Assembly: GCA_022605425.2 (NCBI GenBank)
Contig: JAKIMF020000004.1
Location: forward strand, 806,001 to 870,000
Source: Hamiltosporidium tvaerminnensis FI-OER-3-3
Taxonomy: Eukaryota; Fungi; Microsporidia
Direction of reading: 5' to 3'
DNA: 64,000 nt
Part shown: piece after piece, positions 26,828 to 38,988 of the stretch
How positions within the stretch are numbered: position 1 is the first letter of the stretch
Layout of the letters: every line of letters starts with the position of its first letter
The notes under the pieces: generated by a model
Databases searched by the model: none
Told to the model about the DNA's origin: nothing
What the model saw: the letters and a program-made list of their open reading frames with translations, nothing else
Made by a program: the position numbers and the translations under genes

Positions 26828-27793
26828 TTTACATTTTAAAATATAAGTGATTGGATTAATTTCGCTGTATTTTATTCCAATTCACAGAAATATTATTTGG
26901 TTTTTACAGAATTTTTAAAATAATTTTTAATTTAATTAATATATTTTTAAATAAAACTTTTAATTTTAGGATTTTTTAAATTATTTTTTTTTACAGATTA
27001 TTCATATACGATTTTGTAAAAAATATAATTTTTGATTATTTAATTTTTAAAAAGAATTAAGGATTTTTTTAGTGATTTAAAGGCATATTAAGACAAATTT
27101 TACATTAATAATTTTCACATTATTTTAATTTTTTTTACAAAACAATAAGTTGTTTATAAATAAAAAGCCTTAAATTAGAATATTTCTTACTCAATATTAC
27201 ATTCTTTTAAAGGATTTAGTAAATATAAGCTGGTTTATTAAATTTATAATTAAATTTCAAATTTTTTAAACAAATTTCTTTCTCATTTACAAATTATTTT
27301 TATAATTTATAAAATTATAAAAAATATTTCTTTTTTTAAAAATATATTTGTAAAAAATAATATACCATTTTCGATTACATTTGATAATCCCAGACAAATT
27401 ATTTTTTTATCAATAATTTAGAAATAAATAAATTTAAATTAAAAAAAATGAATTTAAATAAAAAAAATAATCTAGAATAGAAAGAAATTCTAATAAATTT
27501 TATATTCTTATAACGCATTAGGTAATGATTATTCTTATTATTTACTACTTTCTCTTTGTAAAAATATATTTTATATTCTTATATTGTATTAGGTAATGAT
27601 TAGTAATATTATTTTTTCTTATAATTTATTTCTTTTGTAATAATTAAATTTTCTTATAATTCATTTCTTATAATTCCTTTCTTTTTAAGATTTATTTCAT
27701 TTCTTTTGTAATAATTCATTTATTTTCTTACAATTCATTTCTTTCTTAAATTCATTTATTTTTTTCCTTATATTGACAAATCTTTGATTACCC

Positions 27794-28804
27794 ATGATAT
27801 TCTATTATCTTATTTCTGTGTTTACTACAATAATAAATAGAAAGATTATACTGGATTATTCAATTATTGATGAAATAAATTGTAATAAAAATATAAATAC
27901 TTTGAATATTAATAATATAGGAGATGCGTATTTAATATATTGTGGTATTTCAAAAAGGGAATATAAATATAAAAAAAGTGAAAAAAATGTGTGGTGTGAG
28001 TATTGTGAAGGAATGAAAAATATAGAAGAAAACAATGTACATTTTGTTATGGCGATACCTAATTATGTGTTTGAAGGATCTAAATTTGTTTTTAGGTTTT
28101 ATTATTTGGTATCTACACATATATCTGAGTATAATGTATTAATATGTTGGGGGAATTCTGTTAAAAACTTGAAATATACATCTTTGAAACCAAATAATAG
28201 TTTGAAATACGATTCTATTATAGTTTTAAACAAACCGTTTATTTTTGTGAAGAAATTGCGGGTAGAGGTGAGGAAAAATGGATTTTTAAACTTTTTTAAA
28301 AAAATATTTCCACGTGTGAAGCCATATACTGTGATATGTAGGTATGAAATAGAAAATATAAGTAGAAATGGTGATTCTATAAATCAGAACGTAAATACAT
28401 CTGAAAAACAGCAAAAAAATGATAAAAAAACGAGTAAATTTAGAGAAGATTTTAGTTTGGCTGATCCGAGGCATATTTTACAGTCTTTTAAGATATATAC
28501 AAAAGAAAAATTGAATTTTTATGATGAATATGGAATAATGCATCGTATGAAGTATAATGACGATAATACTATTGTTTTAACTCCGAGATATTTTTTACAT
28601 CCCGGTTTTTCAACTTCTTTTAATATTAGTTGGCAGTGTAAAGATATTAAAGAAATGTTGAACAATATGCCATTTCTTAAATCTTGTTCTAAAGATTGTA
28701 AAATAAAGTTTAAAAATGGTTGGTTTGAGAATAATTATGAATATGTTGGTTGTATAGAAAATAGTATAAATGATGCAATTAATCAGCAAAAAATTAAAAT
28801 TTAA
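27794..28804 (+). CDS. signal-peptide protein, possibly divergent ribophorin I/Ost1-like
   Basis: Hydrophobic N-terminus. FYDEYG...LTPRYFLHPGFSTSFNISW resembles ribophorin I YRDEIG...RPRFPLFGGWK..F.IGY. CCC-ATG start. Confidence 0.55.
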   Translation: MIFYYLISVFTTIINRKIILDYSIIDEINCNKNINTLNINNIGDAYLIYCGISKREYKYKKSEKNVWCEYCEGMKNIEENNVHFVMAIPNYVFEGSKFVFRFYYLVSTHISEYNVLICWGNSVKNLKYTSLKPNNSLKYDSIIVLNKPFIFVKKLRVEVRKNGFLNFFKKIFPRVKPYTVICRYEIENISRNGDSINQNVNTSEKQQKNDKKTSKFREDFSLADPRHILQSFKIYTKEKLNFYDEYGIMHRMKYNDDNTIVLTPRYFLHPGFSTSFNISWQCKDIKEMLNNMPFLKSCSKDCKIKFKNGWFENNYEYVGCIENSINDAINQQKIKI

Positions 28805-28889
28805 AAATATTTATTTTATTAATTTGGGTAAAGAGGTAAAAAAAATATATAAAATGTTGAAAATGGTTTTAACTTAGAAATTTGTTAAA

Positions 28890-29520
28890 TAAAAATATTT
28901 TAATTTTCTATTTATGCAAAAAAAATATATATTTTTAATTTATTTAATATATTATATAACCACATGTTTTGAATTTATTTTTATGATATTTTAATTTTAT
29001 ATTTATGCAAAAAAAATATATATTTTTAATTTATTTAATATATTATATAACCACATGTTTTATATTTATTTTTATGATATTTTAATTTTCTATTTATGCA
29101 AAAAATATATATTTTTATCAAAAAATGATTAATTAAAAAATATTATATAACCACATGTTTTATATTTATTTTTATGATATTTTAATTTTATATTGTAAAA
29201 AAAATATATATTTTTAATTTATTTAATATATTATATAACCACATGCTTTATATTTATTTTTATGATATTTTAATTTTCTATTTATGCAAAAAATATATAT
29301 TTTTAATTTATTTAATATATTATATAACCACATGTTTTGAATTTATTTTTATGATATTTTAATTTTCTATTTATGCAAAAAATATATATTTTTATCAAAA
29401 AATGATTAATTAAAAAATATTATATAACCACATGTTTTATATTTATTTTTATGATAATTTAATCAGTTAATTGTAAAAAAATATTTTTTTTATCAAAAAA
29501 TGATTAATTAAAAAATATTA
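28890..29520. repeat. AT-rich minisatellite, ~90-100-bp unit x6-7
   Basis: TATTATATAACCACATG recurs about six times between the two genes. Confidence 0.9.
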
Positions 29521-29542
29521 AAACAAATAAAATTAAATACCC

Positions 29543-30847
29543 ATGAAATGGTATGCTTTCTTAGTTTCTCACTATATTTGTAGAATGTTATTACCAATGA
29601 CTTCATTTATTGTTCCGTTTCTTGTTGAAGAGAAAAAGTTTACTAATAAAGACATATTTAATAAAATAACACCAATATTCTTTATAAGTAGTTTAATTGC
29701 TTCCTTAATTGGAACTATAATAATTGAAATGATTGGTAATAGAAATACTTTATTGATTGATACAGGATTAGAATTACTGGCTTATATAATTTTTGTATGG
29801 ATGGACGAAAGAAGTTTCTTTTTTGGATATTTGGTTGCTTTACTTAGAGGTATGAGTACTTCGCTTACAAGTGTGAGTAAGGGTGTGTTTTTAGATATCA
29901 AACCAGATGAGACAAGCGGTTCTAAAGTGATTAGAAATTATAATATTTTTAAAAAGACAATTGGTATAGTTTCTTGTTTGATCGGACAAGATGTTTATTT
30001 CAGTTGTAAGAATCACAGAAGTAATCTTTATTTTTCGATGGCAATGCTTATTCTTGCACTGTGTTTTGGATTTTTGATTGGAAATAATAAAAAAAATGAC
30101 AAAAAAGTCAAATCACTTATCAGTGAAATTCTTAATGGAGGCAGTTTTGGAAAACTTGTAGAAATATACAACAAGGATATTTTATTTTATAGTCTGATGA
30201 ATATAATAGGTAATGTTCTTTATATGTGCTTGGCGATGTACTCTGCTAATATTTTTTTGGAAAGAAAAAAAACTGTCAGCGAAGTTGGAATGATGGGAAA
30301 AATTCTTTATAAAATATTATTTCCATTCAGAGCAATAAGCTTTTCTATCGTTAAAATTCTTAGTTTCTTTGATGGAAGTATTTTCTATCAAAGAAGTTAT
30401 GAAAAAAATGCCTTGATTTATGGCTATATCGATGCTCTTGCGAAAATATGCGGTGTCATAATGTCATTTCTTATGACACTTATAGAAATAAAAGGTAAAT
30501 ATTTGGTAGTACATAGTTTATTTCTTATAGTTGCACTTATAGCAGCAATTTATGGATTGGGATATACGCAAAGTTTACTACATTCGTATATAATATATAT
30601 TATTGGTATTTCACTCGGAACATACATGAATATAGTTTCTGGTTCTGAATTAGCTAAAGATAAAGAACATTTACATATATTTTATGGCACAAATCTTTTT
30701 ATATCTTCGGTAATACATATTTCTATTTCATATATTACCAAATGGCGAAATTGTAGTGCCGAAGATAAAATGTTTTATTATTTTAAAACATGTTTGACTT
30801 GTTTCATTTTAAATTGTACAATTGGATTTCTCATATTAAAAAAATAA
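29543..30847 (+). CDS. reduced folate/thiamine carrier family (SLC19-like MFS) transporter
   Basis: Multi-TM protein. PMTSFIVPFLVEEKKFTNKDIFNKITPIFFISSL matches the SLC19 N-terminal P.EPFLTPYL..K.....V.NEIYPVW pattern. CCC-ATG start. Confidence 0.75.
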   Translation: MKWYAFLVSHYICRMLLPMTSFIVPFLVEEKKFTNKDIFNKITPIFFISSLIASLIGTIIIEMIGNRNTLLIDTGLELLAYIIFVWMDERSFFFGYLVALLRGMSTSLTSVSKGVFLDIKPDETSGSKVIRNYNIFKKTIGIVSCLIGQDVYFSCKNHRSNLYFSMAMLILALCFGFLIGNNKKNDKKVKSLISEILNGGSFGKLVEIYNKDILFYSLMNIIGNVLYMCLAMYSANIFLERKKTVSEVGMMGKILYKILFPFRAISFSIVKILSFFDGSIFYQRSYEKNALIYGYIDALAKICGVIMSFLMTLIEIKGKYLVVHSLFLIVALIAAIYGLGYTQSLLHSYIIYIIGISLGTYMNIVSGSELAKDKEHLHIFYGTNLFISSVIHISISYITKWRNCSAEDKMFYYFKTCLTCFILNCTIGFLILKK

Positions 30848-31335
30848 AATTCTGTACAAATTTTTTGTTTTCGTCAATATATTTATCAATTGTTTTTACG
30901 AAATAATTGTTTGCTTAAATTAATTTAAAAATTACTTTAAATTGTAACTTTGGATATTAAATTGTAGTTACAATTCATCTGTATATTACAATAATAAATT
31001 TATAAATTACTTTCCATTGTAACTTTGGAGTTCAAATTTATATTTTAATCATTTTATTTCTTTAGAACAAGAAATTTATAAATTACTTTCAATTGTACTT
31101 TGGATTTCAAATTTATATTTTAATCATTTTATTTCTTTACAAGAATAAATTTATAAATTACTTTCCATTGTAACTTTGGATTTTAAATTTTAGTTGCAAC
31201 AACTATTTCTTTATAACAATGATATCAACAAAATATATTTTTTTTTTATTTTTAAAAAATCTTCTCAAATTTCAGATGACAAAGACAATATCAATATTTG
31301 AAATATAAATAAATAAAAGATAAGGAAGACCCATA

Positions 31336-31866
31336 ATGGATGATAAAGTGTGTTTAATATGTAAAGATGACTTAGTATTGCCTCATAAGCTACCATGTAA
31401 TCACATATTCTGTTATATTTGTATTAAAAGGCATTTGACTTTCCGTAATTTTTGTCCATTTTGTTATAAATTTCCATTTCATACCACAGATTTAGAAAAA
31501 TTAGATTCAAATGTAGTAAACACAACACTTCCAAATATAAAAATTCCTTTGTTTAAACATATGAATGAAGTATTGTTAAAAAAAGAATTAAAAAAATATA
31601 TGTTGAATCAAGATGGTGGATATCAACAAATGTTATGGAGAATGAAAGAATTTCATTTGATATATTCAGCTGAAAAGATGAAAACAAAATCTCTTTCTTT
31701 GACAGGAATCGCCAGAGTTGTTTCCAAAAATGAAAAAATATTTTTTCATAAGAAAAATGACCATAATTGTCCACAGTTCTTAGAAAAACAAAATAGATCG
31801 ATTCAGAAACTCAAAGATATTATTAAAAATTCCAAAAATTCTCATACAAGAGAAAGCAATCTATAA
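31336..31866 (+). CDS. RAD18: RING + SAP E3 ligase, Rad18-like
   Basis: C3HC4 RING (CLIC...CNHIFCYICI...CPFC) followed by SAP-like LKKELKKYMLNQDGGYQQMLWRMKEF. Confidence 0.75.
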   Translation: MDDKVCLICKDDLVLPHKLPCNHIFCYICIKRHLTFRNFCPFCYKFPFHTTDLEKLDSNVVNTTLPNIKIPLFKHMNEVLLKKELKKYMLNQDGGYQQMLWRMKEFHLIYSAEKMKTKSLSLTGIARVVSKNEKIFFHKKNDHNCPQFLEKQNRSIQKLKDIIKNSKNSHTRESNL

Positions 31867-32133
31867 AAATTTTGATATGTATTATATATTCTAAAAAAAC
31901 GTGTTTTATAGAATTTTTAACTGATTTTGATATCAAAATTTTAAATTGTTTTTTAAATATAAATTGCAAAATGAATTTTTTTTGAATTTTAAACACATTC
32001 ATTAGACATTTAATAAATAATTTTTCTTCTTCACATATAAGAAAGTTTTCTACTCAAAACTATATTGTTTTTTTTATTTTTCATTTTTACAAATATTCGG
32101 ATGAAAATAGTTAAAAGTATCTGATACTGTGTG

Positions 32134-32826
32134 GTGGAGAAAAGATGACCACGATAAAAAAAGATCTGCTTGAAAATGAGTATGCAAAATTGGTGTATGG
32201 AATTATTGTTTGGATTTTTAATAGTAATATAATCACACTACATTTTTAGTTGTTTTTCGAGAATTTATATAAGGAGAGGTGATCTAGAAAACAAGTAAAC
32301 TTTTTTTTTAAATAGAAATTTGTATTTTTTTATGTAAATAGTTTAGAAACCATAGCTAAACCTATAGGTAATTGCCATATAAAAGCATGGGAAATTAGCT
32401 TTATTTATTCGGAATTTAAGACTAAAGACCTAGAAAATACAAAAATTTAACTTCCAAAACAGAAAAACCAATTATCAGGTTATAATCATTGTTATTTAAC
32501 ATCAAGACCTAAGTATATCCAAAATAATTTACCCGAAGATATCTTAGTTAAAATCTATTGAATTCGAAAGTATTTGGGAATATGCAGATTTTAACTTGCG
32601 ATAACATTCCATGAAACGAAATTAACAAATAGTGGAAATCTTTTTGGCAAATCAAAGAAGTTCTTTGCATTCACTGATGAAAAGCTTTGTGATGTAAATA
32701 TTGCAGAGGATACCAATGAAGTTTTGAATACGCAGTTATCTTTTAGAAACTATTCCAGTTTCGATTTCATGAAAACAATACAAACGTTCCAAATTTATAA
32801 AAAGATGCGATTTTATTTATTAAATA
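32134..32826 (+). mobile_element. SINE-like structured repeat, copy 5 (old, diverged)
   Basis: GTGGAGAAAAGATGACCAC start, TAGGTAATTGCCATATAAAAGCATGG block, AAAAGATGCGAT...TTAAATA end. Confidence 0.75.
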
Positions 32827-33803
32827 TTTATAATGTGATTTCTTTCTATTACTAAATATAAGATTTTTAAAAACCGATCCATTTTAAAGTTTAAGACTTT
32901 GCATATAAAATTAATTCCTTCATACGATTCAAACCAATATTTATAAATAAAAATCTTTTTCTTGATCAGTTTAGCTTTATAATTTGTCAAGGGTTTTAAT
33001 TGATCCTAACCCTATAATCGATTATTGATTTAACTGATACAATTTAAATTTACAGTTTGAGCATTCAACTTTCGAAAAGTTGGATTCATCATAGAAACTT
33101 AAATTATTGATGCCAAAAATTCAAAAAAAATACTAATATACAGTAATCGTCTCTGGAAGAGATTTTTGTTGAATTAATTTTTAAATTGCGCTTCCTAAAA
33201 TAGAATATTTGATACAGTATTTGTTTGATAAAATAGCAATGGAATTAATACGCACTTTTAGTTGTGATGCTCGTCAGAATAATATCATATTAGTAATCAA
33301 AAAACAACACCAATCTAATAGTTAAATTCAAATAGGACGTTTTAGCACTAAAATATTGAACTTGTTTAATTTAATTGTCAAGGAAAACCAATCTAGATTT
33401 TTAAAGATATATACTTTTCACATATCATTAATTCGGATACAACGGATGTAACCATTTTACATATTAAGTGAATGAAGCCAGAAATAACAGAATAAATTAT
33501 TTCCTACCACAAATCAATAAATTAATGTAGAAAGGGGCTGACTTAATAAGTAATTAGGAATCTTTTGGCATTTGCAACAAAGTATTCATATAAACTCATT
33601 ATTTTAAAAACAATATTTATTTTCTAAAAAATAGATTTAAAAGAAAACAATTTTCTAAAATCAATTTCTTATATTGGAATATATCATATCAATTTGCAAC
33701 TAAATATACCAAAAATGGTTACAGTGATGCAATTTATCAGTAAATTTTTAATTTAACAAATTTAAAACAAGAAAAATTTATTCCCATACCGAAAGTAGAA
33801 TAA

Positions 33804-34505
33804 ATGGCGAAGAAAAATCAAAGCGACATTATAAAAACTCTAAAAAAAATATCATGGGATTTATTATCAACCTTTGTTAATATGATGTTGATTTATGGGA
33901 TCTTCATTGCACCATTTTTAAGAGACAAGCAGAATTTTTCAGCTCCAGCTTTTCCAAAACACTTCATTTTGCTTTTTTTGTTTACGAGGATTAGGCATAT
34001 GTATAATTCAAGGTTTTCAAAGGAGTATATAATTATAAGGCAAGAATTTACATGTCTTCTTTTTACATTATTTTCAACCATTATTGACGAATATTTGGAA
34101 AAACATCCTCTTAATTTTGATGAAAAATCGAATGAAATATTTTTTGTGATTTACCCAATTTTTATTATATTATTTCATGCAAATATCTTAATTAATTTAT
34201 TTAAATTCAAGGTGAAAAATGATAGTAAACTCGAACACTTATTTTATCTATTTATCAGTGTATATGCTATTTCTGTTGCCGAAACACTTTTTAAACCGAT
34301 GATATTTACAACCACACAACTTTTTTCATTTAGAATATTTATTTATTCGATTGAGTTAATACTTGTACCTTTAATATTATGGTATATCGCATTATCACAA
34401 GTTACTGTGTTTTTAATATTCTATTTTTCTATAATATTTACTTTAGATAGTAAATTTCTTTATTGGGTTACTTCCAATCCATATAATCTATTACATTCAG
34501 TTTAG
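33804..34505 (+). CDS. lineage-specific multi-pass membrane protein (paralogue A)
   Basis: 233 aa with ~6-7 TM segments. Shares NQS.IIK.LK, IDEY.EKHPLNF, SVAET..KP and IFTLDS with 35509-36237. Confidence 0.85.
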   Translation: MAKKNQSDIIKTLKKISWDLLSTFVNMMLIYGIFIAPFLRDKQNFSAPAFPKHFILLFLFTRIRHMYNSRFSKEYIIIRQEFTCLLFTLFSTIIDEYLEKHPLNFDEKSNEIFFVIYPIFIILFHANILINLFKFKVKNDSKLEHLFYLFISVYAISVAETLFKPMIFTTTQLFSFRIFIYSIELILVPLILWYIALSQVTVFLIFYFSIIFTLDSKFLYWVTSNPYNLLHSV

Positions 34506-34639
34506 ATTTCTTAAATTAAACTTTTATCAGGTATCTTTCTATTTAAATATTTTTAACTTTCTTTAAGATTCTATTTTTTGTTGCTACAAATAAAACATTG
34601 ATCGGATTTAAATTAATATACATTAATGTAAAAAAAGTA

Positions 34640-35325
34640 CAAATCAATAAATATCACAGCTTCAAAAAATTACATATAGTATTTTTGTATTACATTAGCG
34701 CATTTTTGAGGTTTACATTGATAATTCACCCACACTCGTTAGGTATCTCCTAAAATATACATATCATTTAAGCTTCCATCTTGTACGTGTCAAAACCTAT
34801 TTAATAGGCAGAAAATTTCCGATTTTCATTGATTTAGATCCCTGATGTGTAGATAGATCAATACTAACCTTCTGCTTTTTTATACCAGCACCATTTTAAA
34901 TCACATTTCTCCTTTCAAACCGAATAACTTCCAGCTGAAATATATATCTGTAGCTTAAATGAAGTCCACCAGAGGTTATAATATCATATCACTAGGTATA
35001 GTCTGCTACCAAACTTTCTTGGTTTTTTGTAGCGTTCTTTTTTGATTCTCTTGGGGGTAAAGTTTTCAGATTATATTGAGGCAGGCTAGTCTTTCTATTC
35101 TTCCCATGGTAATTACAAACAATGTTCTAACCTTTTTTCTCATATAGTTACAGCGAAATAGCTAAAAAAACTTTTAAACATCATTTTCACTTTCTATAAA
35201 TCTTTTTTCATGATACCACCAAAATATAGTGTAATTTTCATCGCACAACAAATTCAAACAATATTTGCTAGCAACTTCACCGATAATTGACCAAACAGAT
35301 TGTTTTTAATGTAGTCATGATGATT
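34640..35325 (-). mobile_element. SINE-like structured repeat, copy 6 (very diverged)
   Basis: Collinear remnants: ACCTATTTAATAGGC, ACTTCCAGCTGAAATATAT, GTCCACC, AGGCTAG, CATGGTAATTAC. Boundaries approximate. Confidence 0.6.
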
Positions 35326-35508
35326 TTTTCAAAATTTTCGTAAGACAAGAGTTTTCAGTAATTATTTGCTTCTATTGGAATAAATTATATTCTAGTTGCA
35401 TTCAAAAACGGTAAAACTGATCAACATGTATGGCAATTCTATTATTTTTGATTTAATACAATTAATTTAAAAACAGAAAAATTTACTCCTCCAACAAAAA
35501 TATAATAA

Positions 35509-36237
35509 ATGACAGGGAGAAATCAAAGCAATATTATTAAACCTTTAAAACATATAAAAAATACATGCTTACTTTTTGTATTAGCACTCATTCAGCTGAT
35601 AAGCATGTATCTGATATTTATGATACCTTTTATAACTGAAATACTTGGTTTTTCCGCTATGGCCTTTACAAAACATCTCACTTTGCTTTTTATATTTTTG
35701 ATGATTAGATACACGTATAAGGAAAACATTCCAACTATCTATAACTCTTACGAAATAGAATTCAGTTTCTATTTCATTACATTTATTTCATTTTTTATTG
35801 ATGAATATTTTGAAAAACATCCACTAAATTTTGAGGGAAAAAATATTGAAAATTTTCTTGTAATTTACCCGATTTTTCTTGTAACATTTCATATAAAAAT
35901 CTTACTATTATTATTAAATATAGGAGCGATGAATAATATAAATATAAAGCACTTCATAAATCTCGTTTCAAGCGTTTCAGTTATTTCTATCGCAGAAACA
36001 GTTCTAAAACCGATAATAAGTAACACCAAACAACTTTTAATGCCCAGAATTTACATTTATTTATCCGAATTTGCACTTTCATCGTTTATTTTATATAGAT
36101 ATATTTCTATATCCCAAGCTACTTTATTTTTAATATTTTATATTTCTTTAATATTTACCTTGGACAGTAATTTGTTCAATCATGTTGCTTCTAATCTATC
36201 TTATTTGTTTGATAACAATGAATATTGCACAAATTAA
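35509..36237 (+). CDS. lineage-specific multi-pass membrane protein (paralogue B)
   Basis: 242-aa tandem paralogue of 33804-34505. The upstream ~130 bp is also similar. Confidence 0.85.
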   Translation: MTGRNQSNIIKPLKHIKNTCLLFVLALIQLISMYLIFMIPFITEILGFSAMAFTKHLTLLFIFLMIRYTYKENIPTIYNSYEIEFSFYFITFISFFIDEYFEKHPLNFEGKNIENFLVIYPIFLVTFHIKILLLLLNIGAMNNINIKHFINLVSSVSVISIAETVLKPIISNTKQLLMPRIYIYLSEFALSSFILYRYISISQATLFLIFYISLIFTLDSNLFNHVASNLSYLFDNNEYCTN

Positions 36238-37361
36238 ACCTTTATTGAAGCATTTTTTTTATTTCCAGTTTTATTTTAATTTAGATATTTTATTTCATGT
36301 ACAAAATAAACTTTATATTAGATTTATTAAAATATTTTTGAATTAAAAAATTAAATAAAATGTGTATACTTAGATTGAAATAATAAATTTTGAATTCGAT
36401 TTCAATAAATCATTTTTGAATTGTACAATCTATTGATAAATCTAAAAGTTTAAACACAAATGATAAATTCTTAGGAATGTAAATAAAAAGCGACGATTCA
36501 ATTAAAATTTATCAACTTTACATGAAATAAGAAAATATAAAACCAATATTAATTAATACAGGTGATTATTTATTAAATAAATTTTTATTACGAATAAAAA
36601 AAGGTGCAATAAGATTAATACAACGTAAGCTTTACAAAATACACTAAAGAAGTATATTTGCTAAATCTATACAAATAAATATGTAAAAGCTTTCTAAATT
36701 TCAAACTAATAAGCAAGATCTTAACAATCCATAATCAAAGTTGCACTTAATGAATAAATATAAATTGATAATATATTTTGTTAATATTCAGACATTTTAT
36801 TTAGTCTTTAATACTTTAAAAAATACAAGAATCAACATATTATAAAAAGAAATAAGGTTTTTTAAAAAACGGCCATTGTAAACGCGTATTTTTATACTTA
36901 AAATATTTTTCAGAAAAATAGCGGTATCTCTCTATTGTGTAAAACAGCTTTTAACACACTCATAGCAATTTATCAAAACATATATTTATCATAAATGACG
37001 AATTCTAATTTTTTTGATGTTCGAAATCGTTTTCACAAGCAAGATTTTGTTCCAGTAGGCAGATAGTCAAGACATCCGAGATTAAATCAGAAGAACAGAA
37101 TTCTACCCCCGCTATTACACCATTTATTCTCAACAGAAGAAGATTTGCATTAAATTGATAACTTACTCAGTCTAAAGAAATAAGCTGACAGCAACGCTTA
37201 TATAAATTTGCGAAGCGTATTATCATGTGAATTGTATTCTATACATAAAAAAGAAAGAAACTATAAAAAATTCAGATATCAGAAAAAAAAATAAATGCAC
37301 CAAAGATATTACAGTGAGAATTACATTAGAATATCGATTCTTGGTTATTTTATAACTTTAA

Positions 37362-37793
37362 CCGTTTGACTGCTACGCGGCGCGAATGCGCTTCGTTCAT
37401 TTGTCTCGAAAACAGCGACGCAGCGCTTTCGCGCTGCCAGTCACAGTGTGTCTTTTTGCTCCGTGGAATTGAACGTAGTCTGACCTCGCGAGTACTTTGT
37501 AACACGAGTGTATTCTAAACTAACTTTTTACCGTTTTTATATATTATTTAAAAAATATAACCATGTCACGGACTATTATTTCGGACGTTGATTCGATTGC
37601 TAGCGATTAAGTTATCTTTTTATAAATTTTAATTTTTAACGACCACTTGTTTTTCTATGTTATCAATAACACTTGTTACATTGTAGTTGTGCGAAACAAT
37701 ATATATATATAAAAAAAAAATTGACAACATCAATTGAAAATAAGTCCCGCAGTTTTCGTGCGTTCTTGCAATAATTGCTTAGCATCCAAACGG
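37362..37793. mobile_element. piggyBac-type MITE
   Basis: TTAA on both sides (37358-37361, 37794-37797). TIRs CCGTTTGACTGCTA and TAGCATCCAAACGG match 12/14. CpG-rich interior. Confidence 0.8.
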
Positions 37794-38899
37794 TTAAGTA
37801 TTTAAAGATTAAAAATAAGGGCATCAAATCTTGGATTGCTTTAAAATTCGATGTATCCAAGTATAAAGTTTTTGTATTAAAATATTATATAATTTACACA
37901 GATCCATATTCATATCATAAATTTTGATAAAGATGCAAATTTATCTTCAATTAACATATGTGTCAGATACGCTATCAAACAAGTAGCATTATTGACCTAC
38001 AAATGAAACAGAGTTAAAAAAATTTATATGTTATTTTTAGTAAAATTACACTGTTTGATTTAACTATAGAATTGTAGGTAATTTAATTTTACAAAGGCTA
38101 TGGTTTTTGCTACATAATATCCCAAGTGAAGCATAGAATATCTTCGTTATGACGTATTACATTCAAAGATGATTTATAATCACAAAACCACTGTAAATGT
38201 ATTATGATGCTATAACTCGAGTAATTAGTAACCTTCAACAGTTTACCAAAATGACAAATATTTGTTTATGATCAGATAGAGAAAAAATTATATTTTTCAA
38301 AAAAAACAAAGTATTAGTTAAACTTAAAACACATAAAGTGAAAAATGTAAACATTAATTAAGATTTAGAACGTTTAAGTTAATTAATAATAAACAGGATA
38401 GTTAATCAGAACTATAGAAGAGGTTGACTAAAAAACAAAACAATTCTACTATAAAACATAGAAAGTATTTATCTAATTCGATATTTAAAGATTAAAACAT
38501 TGTAAAATATAAAGCGAAATTAGTGGAAATCGATGAAATGATTTTTTAGGTTGAAACAAATCTCAGAATGATAATTCTAGAAACTATAAAAACTTGTAAA
38601 AATTAATTATTAAGACACCAATGCTCAATTTAAACCTTAACAATCATTTACTCATAAAATATTTCCATAATAAAATAAAACAAAAAAAACTATTTTTTTT
38701 GCCGCGTGTAAAAAATCTAAAAAATGAAATCAATTGAACCAATAAAATAAATGCGCTTACTGATAATTCATTAAAAAAAACCACAAGGATATAAATTTTA
38801 AGGCAAAGTTCTTCTAATATTTATTAAGTCATAAAACTTATTCCGATAATTAAATCCGATGTTATGGGTCGTTCTTGAACCGAAGATACTCCTATTTAA

Positions 38900-38988
38900 A
38901 ATTATCTGCTTGGTAATGAGTGTATTCAATTGGATAAATCGATTTTTCGGGTTTTTTGGTGGAGTATAAACCAAAATGTATCTATGAG
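38900..38988 (+). mobile_element. short fragment of the SINE-like repeat 5' region
   Basis: TATCTGCTTGGTAATGAGTGT...TTTTTGGTGGAGTATAAACC matches 13486-13558. Confidence 0.55.

Noticed and set aside
28890-29520. CRISPR-like periodic array
   Set aside because: The whole unit repeats with no unique spacers, there are no cas genes, and the context is eukaryotic. It is a minisatellite.
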